A stretch of 56,509 nt of DNA from Thiopseudomonas sp. Lineage in GTDB: Bacteria > Pseudomonadota > Gammaproteobacteria > Pseudomonadales > Pseudomonadaceae. Location of the stretch: NCBI GenBank assembly GCA_035271385.1, contig DATERP010000008.1, positions 1 through 56,509 of the forward strand, read 5' to 3'. The position numbers and the translations under genes are program-made. Of the stretch, positions 10,353 to 19,800 are shown in pieces. How positions within the stretch are numbered: the first letter of the stretch is position 1; the number at the start of each line of letters is the position of its first letter. The notes beneath the pieces are model-generated. The model was not told the DNA's origin. It made no database searches and saw only the letters and a program-made list of their open reading frames with translations.

Positions 10353-10840
10353 GCCTGCGCTCGACATGCAGCGCAAGTGCCTAGAATTTCAACAGTTTGC
10401 GTTTGCACCGCAAAGCCCATCAGCAAGGCTTCCTGTGCAATTGCCGCATCAATAGCCGTGTGCTGCGCGAGCTCGTAAGCATTGCTGCACTGCTGACAAA
10501 TCATAAAATAGCCTTCATGCGCCACTTCTGGATGACTGCAGCCTATATAGGCATTAAGTGATGCGAGGCGATGAATCAAGCCATTTTCTAATAAAAAATC
10601 TAAACCACGATACACAGTGGGTGGCGCGGCACGGCGATCATCTTCACGGCTGAGCATTTCTAAAATATCGTAAGCACCGAGCGGCTTATGGCTTTGCCAA
10701 ACCAGTTCTAACACACGCTTACGCAAGAGTGTTAAACGTACACCGCGCTGCGCACACACCTCTTCAGCCAGTTCAAGGGCTTGGGTAATGCACTCATTAT
10801 GGTGATCATGTGAGTGGCACGGTGTTGATGTTTTTAACAT
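10349..10840 (-). CDS. zur: Zinc uptake regulator (Fur family)
   Basis: [18 protein letters not shown], two CxxC motifs; heads znuCB. Confidence 0.93.
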   Translation of the reverse strand: MLKTSTPCHSHDHHNECITQALELAEEVCAQRGVRLTLLRKRVLELVWQSHKPLGAYDILEMLSREDDRRAAPPTVYRGLDFLLENGLIHRLASLNAYIGCSHPEVAHEGYFMICQQCSNAYELAQHTAIDAAIAQEALLMGFAVQTQTVEILGTCAACRAQA

Positions 10841-10866
10841 AACAGCAGCATCCTTCTTAAAGAGAC

Positions 10867-10879
10867 GTTATTATATAAC
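10867..10879. promoter_or_regulatory. Zur box
   Basis: GTTATTATATAAC, one mismatch to the GTTATA-N-TATAAC core; lies between divergent zur and znuA. Confidence 0.75.
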
Positions 10880-10903
10880 TCTTTACTCTCGGAGTGTACT
10901 GCA

Positions 10904-11893
10904 GTGTTTCGTTTCTTGCTGATCAGCTGTTTATCGTTATGGGGCATCAGCGCGCAGGCGCAGGTGCAAATTTTAACCAGCATCAAACCCTTACAGCTGA
11001 TTGCTGCAGCCATTCAAGAGGGTCAAGGCGAACCGCAAGTTCTGCTGCCGCCGGGCGCTTCACCGCATTATTTTGTCTTGCGCCCATCCGATGCCAAGCG
11101 TCTCGATCAAGCTGACTTATTTTATTGGGTTGGACCTGATCTGGAAAACTTTCTGCCCAAACTGTTACAAAAACGCAGTAAAAGCAGTATCGCTGTGCAG
11201 GACTTAGCCAAATTACAGCTACAGTATTTTGCCGAAGCACATCAGCACGATCAACATGACGCACATGACGCACATGACGCACATGACGCACAGAATCATC
11301 ACGCGACACAGAGCAAAAAAGCCACTCACTCCGACACTTTAGTTGAACACGATCATGCGCATGCACCCGGCACGGTCGATGTGCATTTATGGTTACTGCC
11401 TCACAACGCGCAAGTGATTGCTGAGCGTATCAGTGCTGATTTAAGCCAGCATGATCCAGCTAATGCTGCACACTATGCAGCAAATTTAGCTGCTTTTAGT
11501 CAGCGTTTAGCGCTGTTAGACCAGCAACTGCAAGCACAATTAGCCCCGTTACATGACAAGTCGTTCTTTGTCTTTCATGAAGCCTTTAACTACTTTGAGC
11601 ACGCTTACGGTTTAAAGCATGCCGGCGTTTTTGCGGTATCGCATGAGTTACAGCCCGGCGCCAAACACGTCAGCCAAATGCGTACACGCTTGCAACAAGC
11701 AGGTCCCAGCTGTGTGTTTAGTGAGCCGCCAATGCAACCGCGTTTAGCCCATACTTTAGCTGCAGGCTTACCTGTCACTTTAGCTGAGCTGGATGCGCTC
11801 GGTAGCACTGTGGCTGTTTCCGCTGAGGGCTATGAGCAATTGCTGAAAAATCTAGCTACACAATTTTCCACCTGCTTATCCGCGCTTGAATAA
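10904..11893 (+). CDS. znuA: Zinc ABC transporter substrate-binding protein
   Basis: SIKPL, GASPH, His-rich loop, DVHLWL, FHEAFNYFE, CVFSEP. Confidence 0.95.
   Translation: MFRFLLISCLSLWGISAQAQVQILTSIKPLQLIAAAIQEGQGEPQVLLPPGASPHYFVLRPSDAKRLDQADLFYWVGPDLENFLPKLLQKRSKSSIAVQDLAKLQLQYFAEAHQHDQHDAHDAHDAHDAQNHHATQSKKATHSDTLVEHDHAHAPGTVDVHLWLLPHNAQVIAERISADLSQHDPANAAHYAANLAAFSQRLALLDQQLQAQLAPLHDKSFFVFHEAFNYFEHAYGLKHAGVFAVSHELQPGAKHVSQMRTRLQQAGPSCVFSEPPMQPRLAHTLAAGLPVTLAELDALGSTVAVSAEGYEQLLKNLATQFSTCLSALE
11255..11290 (+). repeat. Perfect tandem 9-mer x4 (CATGACGCA) encoding (HDA)4
   Basis: Seen directly in the znuA His-rich loop. Confidence 0.9.
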
Positions 11894-12053
11894 CCCATAG
11901 GAATGACTGGCGCTGCTGCTCTAGCGCAGCCGCCAGCATTTGCACGGCAACACCCAGATGAGCACGGCAAAAAGTATAGAGCAGCAACATCAGCGCATAG
12001 GGTTATACTGCCCACTGTTATTTTACCGCACTCCTGATTGAACGAGGTTTTTT

Positions 12054-13673
12054 GTGGCCCTCCCTGCTCAACGCCGTTGGTATCCGATTGCCTTATTTTT
12101 TGCAGCGCTCGTCTGCTTACCTATCAGCGTCTTATTGCTGAGCTGGCACTCGATCGATACACAGATTTGGAGTCATTTGTGGGATACGCAAATGACACGC
12201 CTGCTATCCAATACCGCGATCTTAGTTGTGGGTGTTGGGATTGGCGTAACGCTGCTGGGAGTGAGCTTAGCTTGGCTGACCAGTTTGTGTGAATTCCCCG
12301 GACGGCGCTGGCTGGACTGGGCATTGATGCTGCCTTTTGCTATTCCCGCCTATGTTTTAGCCTTTGTCTTTGTCGGCTTACTGGATTTTTCCGGCCCAGT
12401 ACAAAGCTTGATGCGTGAATGGTTTGGCAGCGGCATCAGCTTTCCCCGGGTGCGCTCGACGGGCGGTGTCATTACCGTCTTTACCTTAGTGTTTTATCCC
12501 TATGTTTACTTACTCGCGCGCACAGCATTTTTAGCTCAAGGCAAAGGCTTTATGGAGGCGGCACGCGTTTTGGGTTTAACGCCTTGGCAGGCCTTCTGGC
12601 GCGTCGCTTTACCGGTTGCTCGCCCAGCCATTGGTGCAGGTATTGCTTTGGCTTTGATGGAGTCTTTAGCTGACTTTGGCGCTGTGTCTGTGTTTAACTT
12701 TGACACCTTTACTACCGCTATTTATAAAACCTGGTATGGCTTTTTTAGCCTATCCAGCGCCACACAATTGGCCAGTTTGCTGCTGCTATTTGTCGCCCTA
12801 TTGATTTTTGCGGAACAGCGGGCACGCGGTGCGATTCGCCCCAGTAACGAGCGACCTAGAGGTAAAGCACTGTATACCTTGCGCGGCTGGAAAGCAGTAC
12901 TGGCCTCAAGCTGGTGCGGTTTGGTCTTTTTGTGTGCTTTTGTGATTCCCATGCTGCAACTACTTGCTTGGTTTTGGCAGCGTGGACGCTTTGATTTAGA
13001 TGAACGTTATGCGGCCCTGATTACCCATACACTGTATTTGGGCTTAATGGCCGCAGCACTCACGGTCACCGCCGCACTTTTGTTAGCCTTTGCCAAGCGC
13101 CTCACAGCAAGTCGCCCCATGAACACTATCGTGGGTTTTGCGAATCTAGGTTATGCCCTGCCCGGTTCGGTATTAGCAGTAGCGATTATGTTGGCCTTTA
13201 GCTACCTTGATGAACATGCCGTAATTCCCATGTCGACTTGGCTCGGCGGTGCTGGGCGCCCTATTTTACTGGGCAGTTTAAGTGCGCTGTTATTAACCTA
13301 TGTGATTCGTTTTATGGCAGTTGCCCATGGGCCGCTAGAAGGTGCGTTGGCGCGCATTAAACCCTCATTACCTGAAGCTTCACGCAGCCTAGGTATTGGT
13401 GGTGTAGCTTTATTTAGACGTGTGTATTTGCCTTTACTGATCCCTGGTAGTTTATCTGCCGCGCTGCTGGTGTTTGTTGATGTGTTAAAAGAAATGCCCG
13501 CGACCTTACTGATGCGCCCCTTTGGTTGGGATACCTTAGCGGTGCGGATTTTCGAGATGACCAGTGAGGGTGAATGGGCGCGCGCGTCGTTACCGGCACT
13601 GACTTTAGTGATGGTTGGCTTATTGCCGGTCATTCTGCTGATTCGTCGTTCAGCGCATCGCCCAGGGCACTAA
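12054..13673 (+). CDS. Fe3+-type ABC transporter permease (FbpB-like)
   Basis: Two BPD_transp domains with EAARVLG and EASRSLG loops; ADFG and KEMPAT motifs. Confidence 0.88.
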   Translation: MALPAQRRWYPIALFFAALVCLPISVLLLSWHSIDTQIWSHLWDTQMTRLLSNTAILVVGVGIGVTLLGVSLAWLTSLCEFPGRRWLDWALMLPFAIPAYVLAFVFVGLLDFSGPVQSLMREWFGSGISFPRVRSTGGVITVFTLVFYPYVYLLARTAFLAQGKGFMEAARVLGLTPWQAFWRVALPVARPAIGAGIALALMESLADFGAVSVFNFDTFTTAIYKTWYGFFSLSSATQLASLLLLFVALLIFAEQRARGAIRPSNERPRGKALYTLRGWKAVLASSWCGLVFLCAFVIPMLQLLAWFWQRGRFDLDERYAALITHTLYLGLMAAALTVTAALLLAFAKRLTASRPMNTIVGFANLGYALPGSVLAVAIMLAFSYLDEHAVIPMSTWLGGAGRPILLGSLSALLLTYVIRFMAVAHGPLEGALARIKPSLPEASRSLGIGGVALFRRVYLPLLIPGSLSAALLVFVDVLKEMPATLLMRPFGWDTLAVRIFEMTSEGEWARASLPALTLVMVGLLPVILLIRRSAHRPGH

Positions 13674-13805
13674 TCTAGTGTTTGTTAAAACACAGGCTAT
13701 ACTTACTACAATCATCGGTGCAGCGCTGAATCAACACGGCTACACTATGCGCCGAGTGAATTACCCACAGGTACAAACACTGCGTTTGACCAGTTAGGAG
13801 ATCCT

Positions 13806-14888
13806 ATGGGATTGCGTACCCCTTTGTATGATATGCACCTGGCTCTGGGTGCAAAAATGGTTGATTTTAATGGCTGGGATATGCCATTACATTACGGCTC
13901 GCAAGTGGAAGAACACCACCATGTGCGCAAAGAGTGCGGTGTGTTTGATATTTCCCATATGAGCATTTTTGATATTCAAGGCGCTCACGCAAAAGAATTT
14001 TTGCAGCTAGTGCTCAGTAATGATGTCGCACTGCTTGATGCCGTAGGCCATGCACAACACAGCCTGTTGCTCAACGAGCAAGGCGGTATTATTGATGATG
14101 TAATGGTGTTTCGTACTGAAACGGGCTATCGCATCGTCAGTAATGCTGTCACTCGTGAGCGCGTACAAGGCTGGCTTGAGCAGCATGCACCAGCCTTTGA
14201 CTGCGTGATCACTTGGCGTCATGACCTGTGCCTGTTTTCAATTCAAGGCCCTCTAGCGCGCGAGCGTCTTGCCAGCATTGTCAGCTCATCACGCGCCAAA
14301 CTGATTGAACAACTACAGCACCATGAGGCTGCTGTTGACCGTGACTGGCTGATTTCCTGCAGTGGTTACACCGGTGAAGACGGTATCGAAATTATACTTC
14401 CTGCTAGCCAAGCCATCGACTTTCTAAATGAGTTGGTCGGTGCAGGTATCAGCCCAATAGGTATTGGTGCGCGTGACACCTTACGCTTAGAAGCTGGCTT
14501 TAATTTATATGGCTTAGATACCAACGAAGCAGTGTCACCGCTGGCCGCTAACATGGAAGGCTTAATCTGCTGGCAACCTGAGACGCGCAACTTTATCGGC
14601 CGCGCTGCTGTACAAGCGCAGTACACTCAAGGTGTAACCGAGAAACTTGTAGGTTTAGTGCTCGAGGAGCGCGGTGTTTTACGTGCCGGTCAACCTGTAC
14701 GCATTGATAACCAAACCAATGGCGTGATCACCAGCGGTAGTTTTTCACCCACCCTTGGTAAAGCCATTGCCTTAGCGCGAGTGCCGATGAATACCGCTGA
14801 CCGGGCTGAAGTTGAAATTCGACGCAAATGGTTTCCAGTGCGAGTGGTTAAGCCGCGTTTTGTCAGTCGTGGAAAGATTCTGATTTGA
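13806..14888 (+). CDS. gcvT: Glycine cleavage system aminomethyltransferase T
   Basis: [45 protein letters not shown]. Confidence 0.92.
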   Translation: MGLRTPLYDMHLALGAKMVDFNGWDMPLHYGSQVEEHHHVRKECGVFDISHMSIFDIQGAHAKEFLQLVLSNDVALLDAVGHAQHSLLLNEQGGIIDDVMVFRTETGYRIVSNAVTRERVQGWLEQHAPAFDCVITWRHDLCLFSIQGPLARERLASIVSSSRAKLIEQLQHHEAAVDRDWLISCSGYTGEDGIEIILPASQAIDFLNELVGAGISPIGIGARDTLRLEAGFNLYGLDTNEAVSPLAANMEGLICWQPETRNFIGRAAVQAQYTQGVTEKLVGLVLEERGVLRAGQPVRIDNQTNGVITSGSFSPTLGKAIALARVPMNTADRAEVEIRRKWFPVRVVKPRFVSRGKILI

Positions 14889-15032
14889 TCTTGTATCAAC
14901 AAGATCAATAATTTATAAGTGACTCTATGTAAGCTGTTTTAAGTTGATTCATCAATGTGTTGGCGACTGTCCGTACTATAAACACATAGACCTATAAAAA
15001 TTTGCATTGCATCTGCTAAGGATATTAATAAT

Positions 15033-15410
15033 ATGAGTTCAATTCCTGCCGATTTACGTTATGCCAGCACTCACGAATGGGCGCGTCTCGAAGCCGATGG
15101 CACAGTGACTGTAGGCATTACTGATCACGCACAAGAAGCCTTAGGCGATATCGTATTTTTAGAGTTACCAGCACTCGAAAGCACTCTAACTGCTGCCCAG
15201 CCTGTGGGTGTAGTTGAGTCAGTGAAAGCTGCATCGGATATCCACGCACCGATCAACGGTACAGTCATAGCCGTCAATGAAGGCTTAACTGAAGCGCCTG
15301 AAGGTGTGAATACTCATCCGTATGAGAGCTGGTTTTACCGCTTACAGCCCAGCAATCCGGAGGAACTGCAGCAACTGTTAGATGCTGCAGGTTATGAGGC
15401 GGTTTGCTAA
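15033..15410 (+). CDS. gcvH: Glycine cleavage system H protein
   Basis: [15 protein letters not shown], lipoyl motif VESVKAASD. Confidence 0.95.
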   Translation: MSSIPADLRYASTHEWARLEADGTVTVGITDHAQEALGDIVFLELPALESTLTAAQPVGVVESVKAASDIHAPINGTVIAVNEGLTEAPEGVNTHPYESWFYRLQPSNPEELQQLLDAAGYEAVC

Positions 15411-15418
15411 AGCGACAC

Positions 15419-15937
15419 TTAAGCTGAAGTACGCTGCCACACTTCGAAGGTATAACCCGGCTCGGATGCTTGAGCTGGGTGTGCTTGTGCATCTGTGAGT
15501 TGCCAATGCTGCGCATCCAGCACAGGGAAAAACGTATCACCCTCAAGCTCAAGATCAATGCGGGTTAAATAGACGCGCTGCGCTAAGTTAATCGCCTGCT
15601 GATAAATCTGCCCACCACCAATTACCATCACCTCATCCACGCCCTGCTCGGCTGCCCACGCTTGACCGCGAGCGATGGCATCAGTGAGATTAGTAAAGAC
15701 TTCAGCGCCAGCAAGAACAGTATCAGCCTGACGACTGATGACAATATTTAAGCGACCAGGTAACGGACGACCTAAAGATTCCCAAGTTTTGCGCCCCATA
15801 ATAATCGGCTTAGCCAAAGTACGCTGCTTGAAGTAACGCAAATCAGCGGGCAAATGCCATGGCATATCATTGTCACGTCCAATCACTTGATTGCGTGTCG
15901 CTGCGACAATTAAACTGACGGGCAATGTATTGTGCAT
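15419..15937 (-). CDS. folA: Dihydrofolate reductase
   Basis: IGRDNDMPWHLPADL, IMGRKTWES, LPGRLN, IGGGQIY, GDTFFP. Confidence 0.96.
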   Translation of the reverse strand: MHNTLPVSLIVAATRNQVIGRDNDMPWHLPADLRYFKQRTLAKPIIMGRKTWESLGRPLPGRLNIVISRQADTVLAGAEVFTNLTDAIARGQAWAAEQGVDEVMVIGGGQIYQQAINLAQRVYLTRIDLELEGDTFFPVLDAQHWQLTDAQAHPAQASEPGYTFEVWQRTSA

Positions 15938-16021
15938 AACGATGCTCTCTTAAATATACTGAAGGCTATGGTGCTATCTTAAAGGATTCTGACGTCAATT
16001 TGGCGTTCGTTATCAGGCAGA

Positions 16022-17422
16022 ATGGTGCACTTATTGAAACTCAATGGAATGCTTGTGACTGACGCGCTCTCACCCTTACAAACGCTCTGGCTGTGCGAAA
16101 CTGTACGTCTACGCGAAGAACACACCGGACTGTTAGAAGACAGCGAAGCCTGCCGTGCGGCGCGCGTTGCGAAGGGCTCACTGGCTGAGCGCTTGCAAAT
16201 ACGCGGACTGTTTTTAGCACGTCGTGATGGCTTAGTCAGCGCTCTGCAACACTGGTTACAAGGTGCAAAACTAGCACTCTGGCTATTGATTATCAGTGCG
16301 ATTCTATCTGGCGTAGTGTTAGCCAAAACCGCACTCAGCGGTGTGCCATTAGAGATTAATATCTTTTGGGCACTGGCTGGGCTTGTCGGTTTAAATCTGC
16401 TCAGCTTACTGGCTTGGGTTTTCAGTCTGCTATTTACCCGTAAAGCCAATTCGCCATTGAGTCACGCTTGGTTATGGCTGAGCAGTAAATTAGCCCGTGA
16501 TGCTCAAGCAGCGCAATTAGCGCCAGCCTTACTCGTGTTGCTACAGCGTCATAAGCTGCTGCGCTGGGGTGTTGGACGTATTTTACACGGCTGGTGGCTG
16601 CTGGCTTTATCTACTGCCCTACTGACGTTAATTGCCCTACTGGCGACTCGGCGTTATGGCTTTGTCTGGGAATCCACCATTGTTGCCAGCGATTCATTTA
16701 TTACTTTAGTGAGCAGTTTAGGCCGCCCAGCAGCGTGGTTGGGTTTTGCATTGCCCGATAGTGACTTGATTCAGCGCAGCGGTATGCAAGCCTTAGTTGA
16801 TGAGCAAGCACGGCATATGTGGGCCAGTTGGCTACTGGGGATGCTGGTGGTGTATGGCATTGTGCCGCGCTTCGTGTTGAGTTTGCTGTGTGAGTGGCGC
16901 TGGCGACGTGGAATAAACAACTTAGCCCTACCAGTGGACGACCCTGCTTGGCAGATATTTCATGAGCGCGTGCAACCTAGTAGCGAGCGTCTTGGTATAG
17001 TGGATGCAGCACCTGAGCACTTACCGAGCAGTAGCGCCGGCGCACAACTCACAGGGGAAGCTGCGGTATTGGTAGCCATTGAGTTGGATAACAGTATTGA
17101 CTGGCCACCTGAAGTACCTGCAAGCGTAATCAATGCAGGGGTTTTAGATACTCGCGAACAACGTCGGCAGCTCTTGGAGCAGCTCAGTAGCAACCCCCCA
17201 GCGCGCTTGCTGATTGCTTGTAACCCACAGCGCTCAGTCGATCGCGGCACTCTGCATTTAATTGCTGAACTGTCACGTACAGCAGCGCAAACACAGGTGT
17301 GGTTATTACCTACCGATACGGCAGACGAGCGTTTACACAACTGGCAAGAACAACTGGATCACTTACAACTAGCGCACCACCGGATTGCACCTTGGGCTTG
17401 GCTGGAGCATGGCAATGAATAA
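16022..17422 (+). CDS. DUF2868-family membrane protein
   Basis: About 4 TM segments; YGFVWEST and YGIVPR motifs; true start may be GTG 16055. Confidence 0.7.
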   Translation: MVHLLKLNGMLVTDALSPLQTLWLCETVRLREEHTGLLEDSEACRAARVAKGSLAERLQIRGLFLARRDGLVSALQHWLQGAKLALWLLIISAILSGVVLAKTALSGVPLEINIFWALAGLVGLNLLSLLAWVFSLLFTRKANSPLSHAWLWLSSKLARDAQAAQLAPALLVLLQRHKLLRWGVGRILHGWWLLALSTALLTLIALLATRRYGFVWESTIVASDSFITLVSSLGRPAAWLGFALPDSDLIQRSGMQALVDEQARHMWASWLLGMLVVYGIVPRFVLSLLCEWRWRRGINNLALPVDDPAWQIFHERVQPSSERLGIVDAAPEHLPSSSAGAQLTGEAAVLVAIELDNSIDWPPEVPASVINAGVLDTREQRRQLLEQLSSNPPARLLIACNPQRSVDRGTLHLIAELSRTAAQTQVWLLPTDTADERLHNWQEQLDHLQLAHHRIAPWAWLEHGNE

Positions 17423-18794
17423 ACCCTTAAAGCTTGCCGTAGTGGGCCATACCAATGTGGGCAAAACCTCATTGCTGCGCACCCTGACCCGTGATGTCGG
17501 CTTTGGTGCTATATCGCACCGTCCCAGTACCACTCAACACGTGGAAGGCGCGCGCTTATCGGTGGATGGCGAAGCGCTAATTGAGCTGTACGACACGCCA
17601 GGTTTTGAAGATGCGGTGGCTTTATATGACTATCTCGAACAACTGCCACGTCAGGGCGAACGCTTAGACGGCCCAGAACAAGTCCAGCGTTTTTTGCACA
17701 GCAGCGAAGCAGGCCAGCGTTTTGAGCAAGAAGCCAAGGTGCTGCGCCAATTGCTGCAATCCGATGCCGGCTTTTATGTGATTGATGCCCGTGAACCCGT
17801 ACTGGCCAAATACCGTGACGAACTGGCCATCTTAGCCATGTGCGGCAAACCTTTATTACCCGTCCTCAATTTTGTAAATAGTCCCGAACAACGTGAAGCC
17901 CAATGGCGCGAAGTACTAGCGCGCCTAGGTCTGCATGCGGTGGTGCGTTTTGACACCATCACGCCACCAGTCGATGGCGAACAGCGCCTGTATGAAAACC
18001 TCAGTCTGGTGCTTGATAGCCAGCGTCCACGCCTGCAACGCCTGATTGATTACAACCAAGCACAAGTGCAAGTTCGACGCAGTGCCGCTTACCGCTTGAT
18101 TGCTGAATTACTGCTTGATGTCAGCGCTTGCCGTCGTAGCGTGCACCCTGATCACTTAGATGCGGCTATACAAGAACTGCATGATGATGTGCGCCAGCGT
18201 GAACAGCGCTGTGTGGAAGCCCTGCTCAAGCTCTATGCTTTTCGTAAAGACGATGCTTTAGCAGCAGCTTTACCGCTAGAAGAAGGTCGCTGGGGTGATG
18301 ATTTATTTAACCCCGCGACCATGAAACAAATGGGCGTCAAACTCGGTGGCGGCATGGCGGCAGGTGCGGTGACCGGCGCGGGCATTGACCTGATCACGGG
18401 TGGCTTAAGTTTAGGGATGGGCACAGTGGTGGGCGCAGCAGTCGGTGGTTTAACACAAACCTTTCGTAACTATGGCGACCGTTTAAAGGGCAAATGGCGT
18501 GGTGAGCGTGAACTGACAGTCAATGACAGCACTTTACGTTTACTAGCAATTCGCCAACAACGCTTACTGCATGCTTTGGAGTTGCGTGGGCATGCGGCGC
18601 AAGAGCAGATTCAATTGCAATCACCACAAGAGCACGCTTGGCGCAGCGGTGATTTAGCACAACCCCTAATCACCGCACGCGCTTACCCTGCGTGGTCGAG
18701 TTTAAATGGCAACAAGCCGCGCCAAAACTCTGAACGCAGCGAAGCAATAGCCAGTTTAGCTGCAAGCTTAGCCCAGCAAACAACAGACATTTAA
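17415..18794 (+). CDS. P-loop GTPase with DUF3482 domain
   Basis: GHTNVGKT (G1), STT (G2), DTPG (G3); Gly-rich hydrophobic hairpin; overlaps upstream stop. Confidence 0.8.
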   Translation: MNKPLKLAVVGHTNVGKTSLLRTLTRDVGFGAISHRPSTTQHVEGARLSVDGEALIELYDTPGFEDAVALYDYLEQLPRQGERLDGPEQVQRFLHSSEAGQRFEQEAKVLRQLLQSDAGFYVIDAREPVLAKYRDELAILAMCGKPLLPVLNFVNSPEQREAQWREVLARLGLHAVVRFDTITPPVDGEQRLYENLSLVLDSQRPRLQRLIDYNQAQVQVRRSAAYRLIAELLLDVSACRRSVHPDHLDAAIQELHDDVRQREQRCVEALLKLYAFRKDDALAAALPLEEGRWGDDLFNPATMKQMGVKLGGGMAAGAVTGAGIDLITGGLSLGMGTVVGAAVGGLTQTFRNYGDRLKGKWRGERELTVNDSTLRLLAIRQQRLLHALELRGHAAQEQIQLQSPQEHAWRSGDLAQPLITARAYPAWSSLNGNKPRQNSERSEAIASLAASLAQQTTDI

Positions 18795-18821
18795 AGAGCA
18801 ACCTAACGCTGCTCTTTAAAT
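18789..18821. terminator. Hairpin between convergent GTPase and bfr
   Basis: ATTTAAAGAGCA...TGCTCTTTAAAT, 12-bp arms. Confidence 0.6.
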
Positions 18822-18834
18822 CATCCGCATCTGC

Positions 18835-19311
18835 TTACTCAGGCTCGCCCATCTGAGTTTGCAAGTAGTTCTGAATACCAACCTTTTCAATCAAGCCCAG
18901 TTCAGTTTCTAACTGATCAATATGCTCTTCTTCGTCATCCAAAATCACTTTTAGCATATCGCGACTGACGTAATCCTGCACTGCTTCACAATGCGCAATA
19001 GCTGCAATTAAATCGGTACGCGCTTGATGCTCTAGCGCTAGATCGCTGGCGAGCATTTCTTGAGTGTTTTCACCGATATGCAGTTTGCCTAAATCCTGCA
19101 GATTGGGCAGGCCTTCGAGGAATAAAATGCGTTTAATAATGGTGTCAGCATGACGCATTTCTTCGATGGATTCTTTGTACTCCCACTTGGCGAGTACATT
19201 TAAACCCCAGTCTTTATACATACGTGAATGTAAGAAGTACTGGTTAATAGCTACGAGCTCATTCCCCAGAATACGGTTGAGATGCTCAATGACTTTGCTA
19301 TCGCCCTTCAT
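18835..19311 (-). CDS. bfr: Bacterioferritin
   Basis: [26 protein letters not shown] (heme-ligand Met), [17 protein letters not shown]. Confidence 0.97.
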   Translation of the reverse strand: MKGDSKVIEHLNRILGNELVAINQYFLHSRMYKDWGLNVLAKWEYKESIEEMRHADTIIKRILFLEGLPNLQDLGKLHIGENTQEMLASDLALEHQARTDLIAAIAHCEAVQDYVSRDMLKVILDDEEEHIDQLETELGLIEKVGIQNYLQTQMGEPE

Positions 19312-19406
19312 GCGCCTGCCCTCATTAAAATAAGTCTTGAGAACAGCATAGCAGACAGCTATAGCATCACGACTAAAAACTGCAGTAACGCAAAGTCAGG
19401 TGTGAC

Positions 19407-19613
19407 TTAGATGGCGTAAGCTAAATCATCGACCGAAGCCATAAGCGTATCTTTAATCGCATGCTGAGTGATGGCTTTTGCTGTGCAGGCACACTTACCA
19501 CATTGTGTGCCACAACCTGTGACTTCACGTACGTTACGCCAACTGCGCGCGCCATCTTCAACCACTTGACGGATTTTGTGGTCCGTAACATCTTTGCATA
19601 GGCAGATATACAT
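19407..19613 (-). CDS. bfd: Bacterioferritin-associated ferredoxin
   Basis: MYICLC...VTD...CGKC [2Fe-2S] pattern directly upstream of bfr. Confidence 0.93.
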   Translation of the reverse strand: MYICLCKDVTDHKIRQVVEDGARSWRNVREVTGCGTQCGKCACTAKAITQHAIKDTLMASVDDLAYAI

Positions 19614-19644
19614 AGGATAAGCTCTCGCAAGAAAAACAACTGTT

Positions 19645-19663
19645 ACGAATGCTAATGATTCGC
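19645..19663. promoter_or_regulatory. Probable Fur box upstream of bfd
   Basis: ACGAATGCTAATGATTCGC, 12/19 to GATAATGATAATCATTATC with dyad CGAAT/ATTCG; bfd is typically Fur-repressed. Confidence 0.6.
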
Positions 19664-19757
19664 ATACATAATTGCAAGAAGCTATTTCCCTTTTGTCTAG
19701 CGTTAGTCGATTTAGTACATAAAATCATGCTGATCATCACTGCCGCCAGACTGCCCC

Positions 19758-19782
19758 CTGCTGGATAAAACACATCCAGCAG
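19758..19782 (-). terminator. Hairpin downstream of DAHP synthase
   Basis: CTGCTGGAT-N7-ATCCAGCAG; no clear U-tract. Confidence 0.4.
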
Positions 19783-19800
19783 TCTATGCCGCTCATGTTT

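Noticed and set aside
11255-11290. Repeat array as possible CRISPR
   Set aside because: Contiguous 9-mers in frame within znuA, no spacers, no cas genes in the window.
13674-13805. Possible glycine riboswitch upstream of gcvT
   Set aside because: The aptamer elements (GGAGA...CCGAAG...CTCTCAGG) are not present in order; only a short AGTGTTTGT/ACAAACACT inverted repeat is seen.
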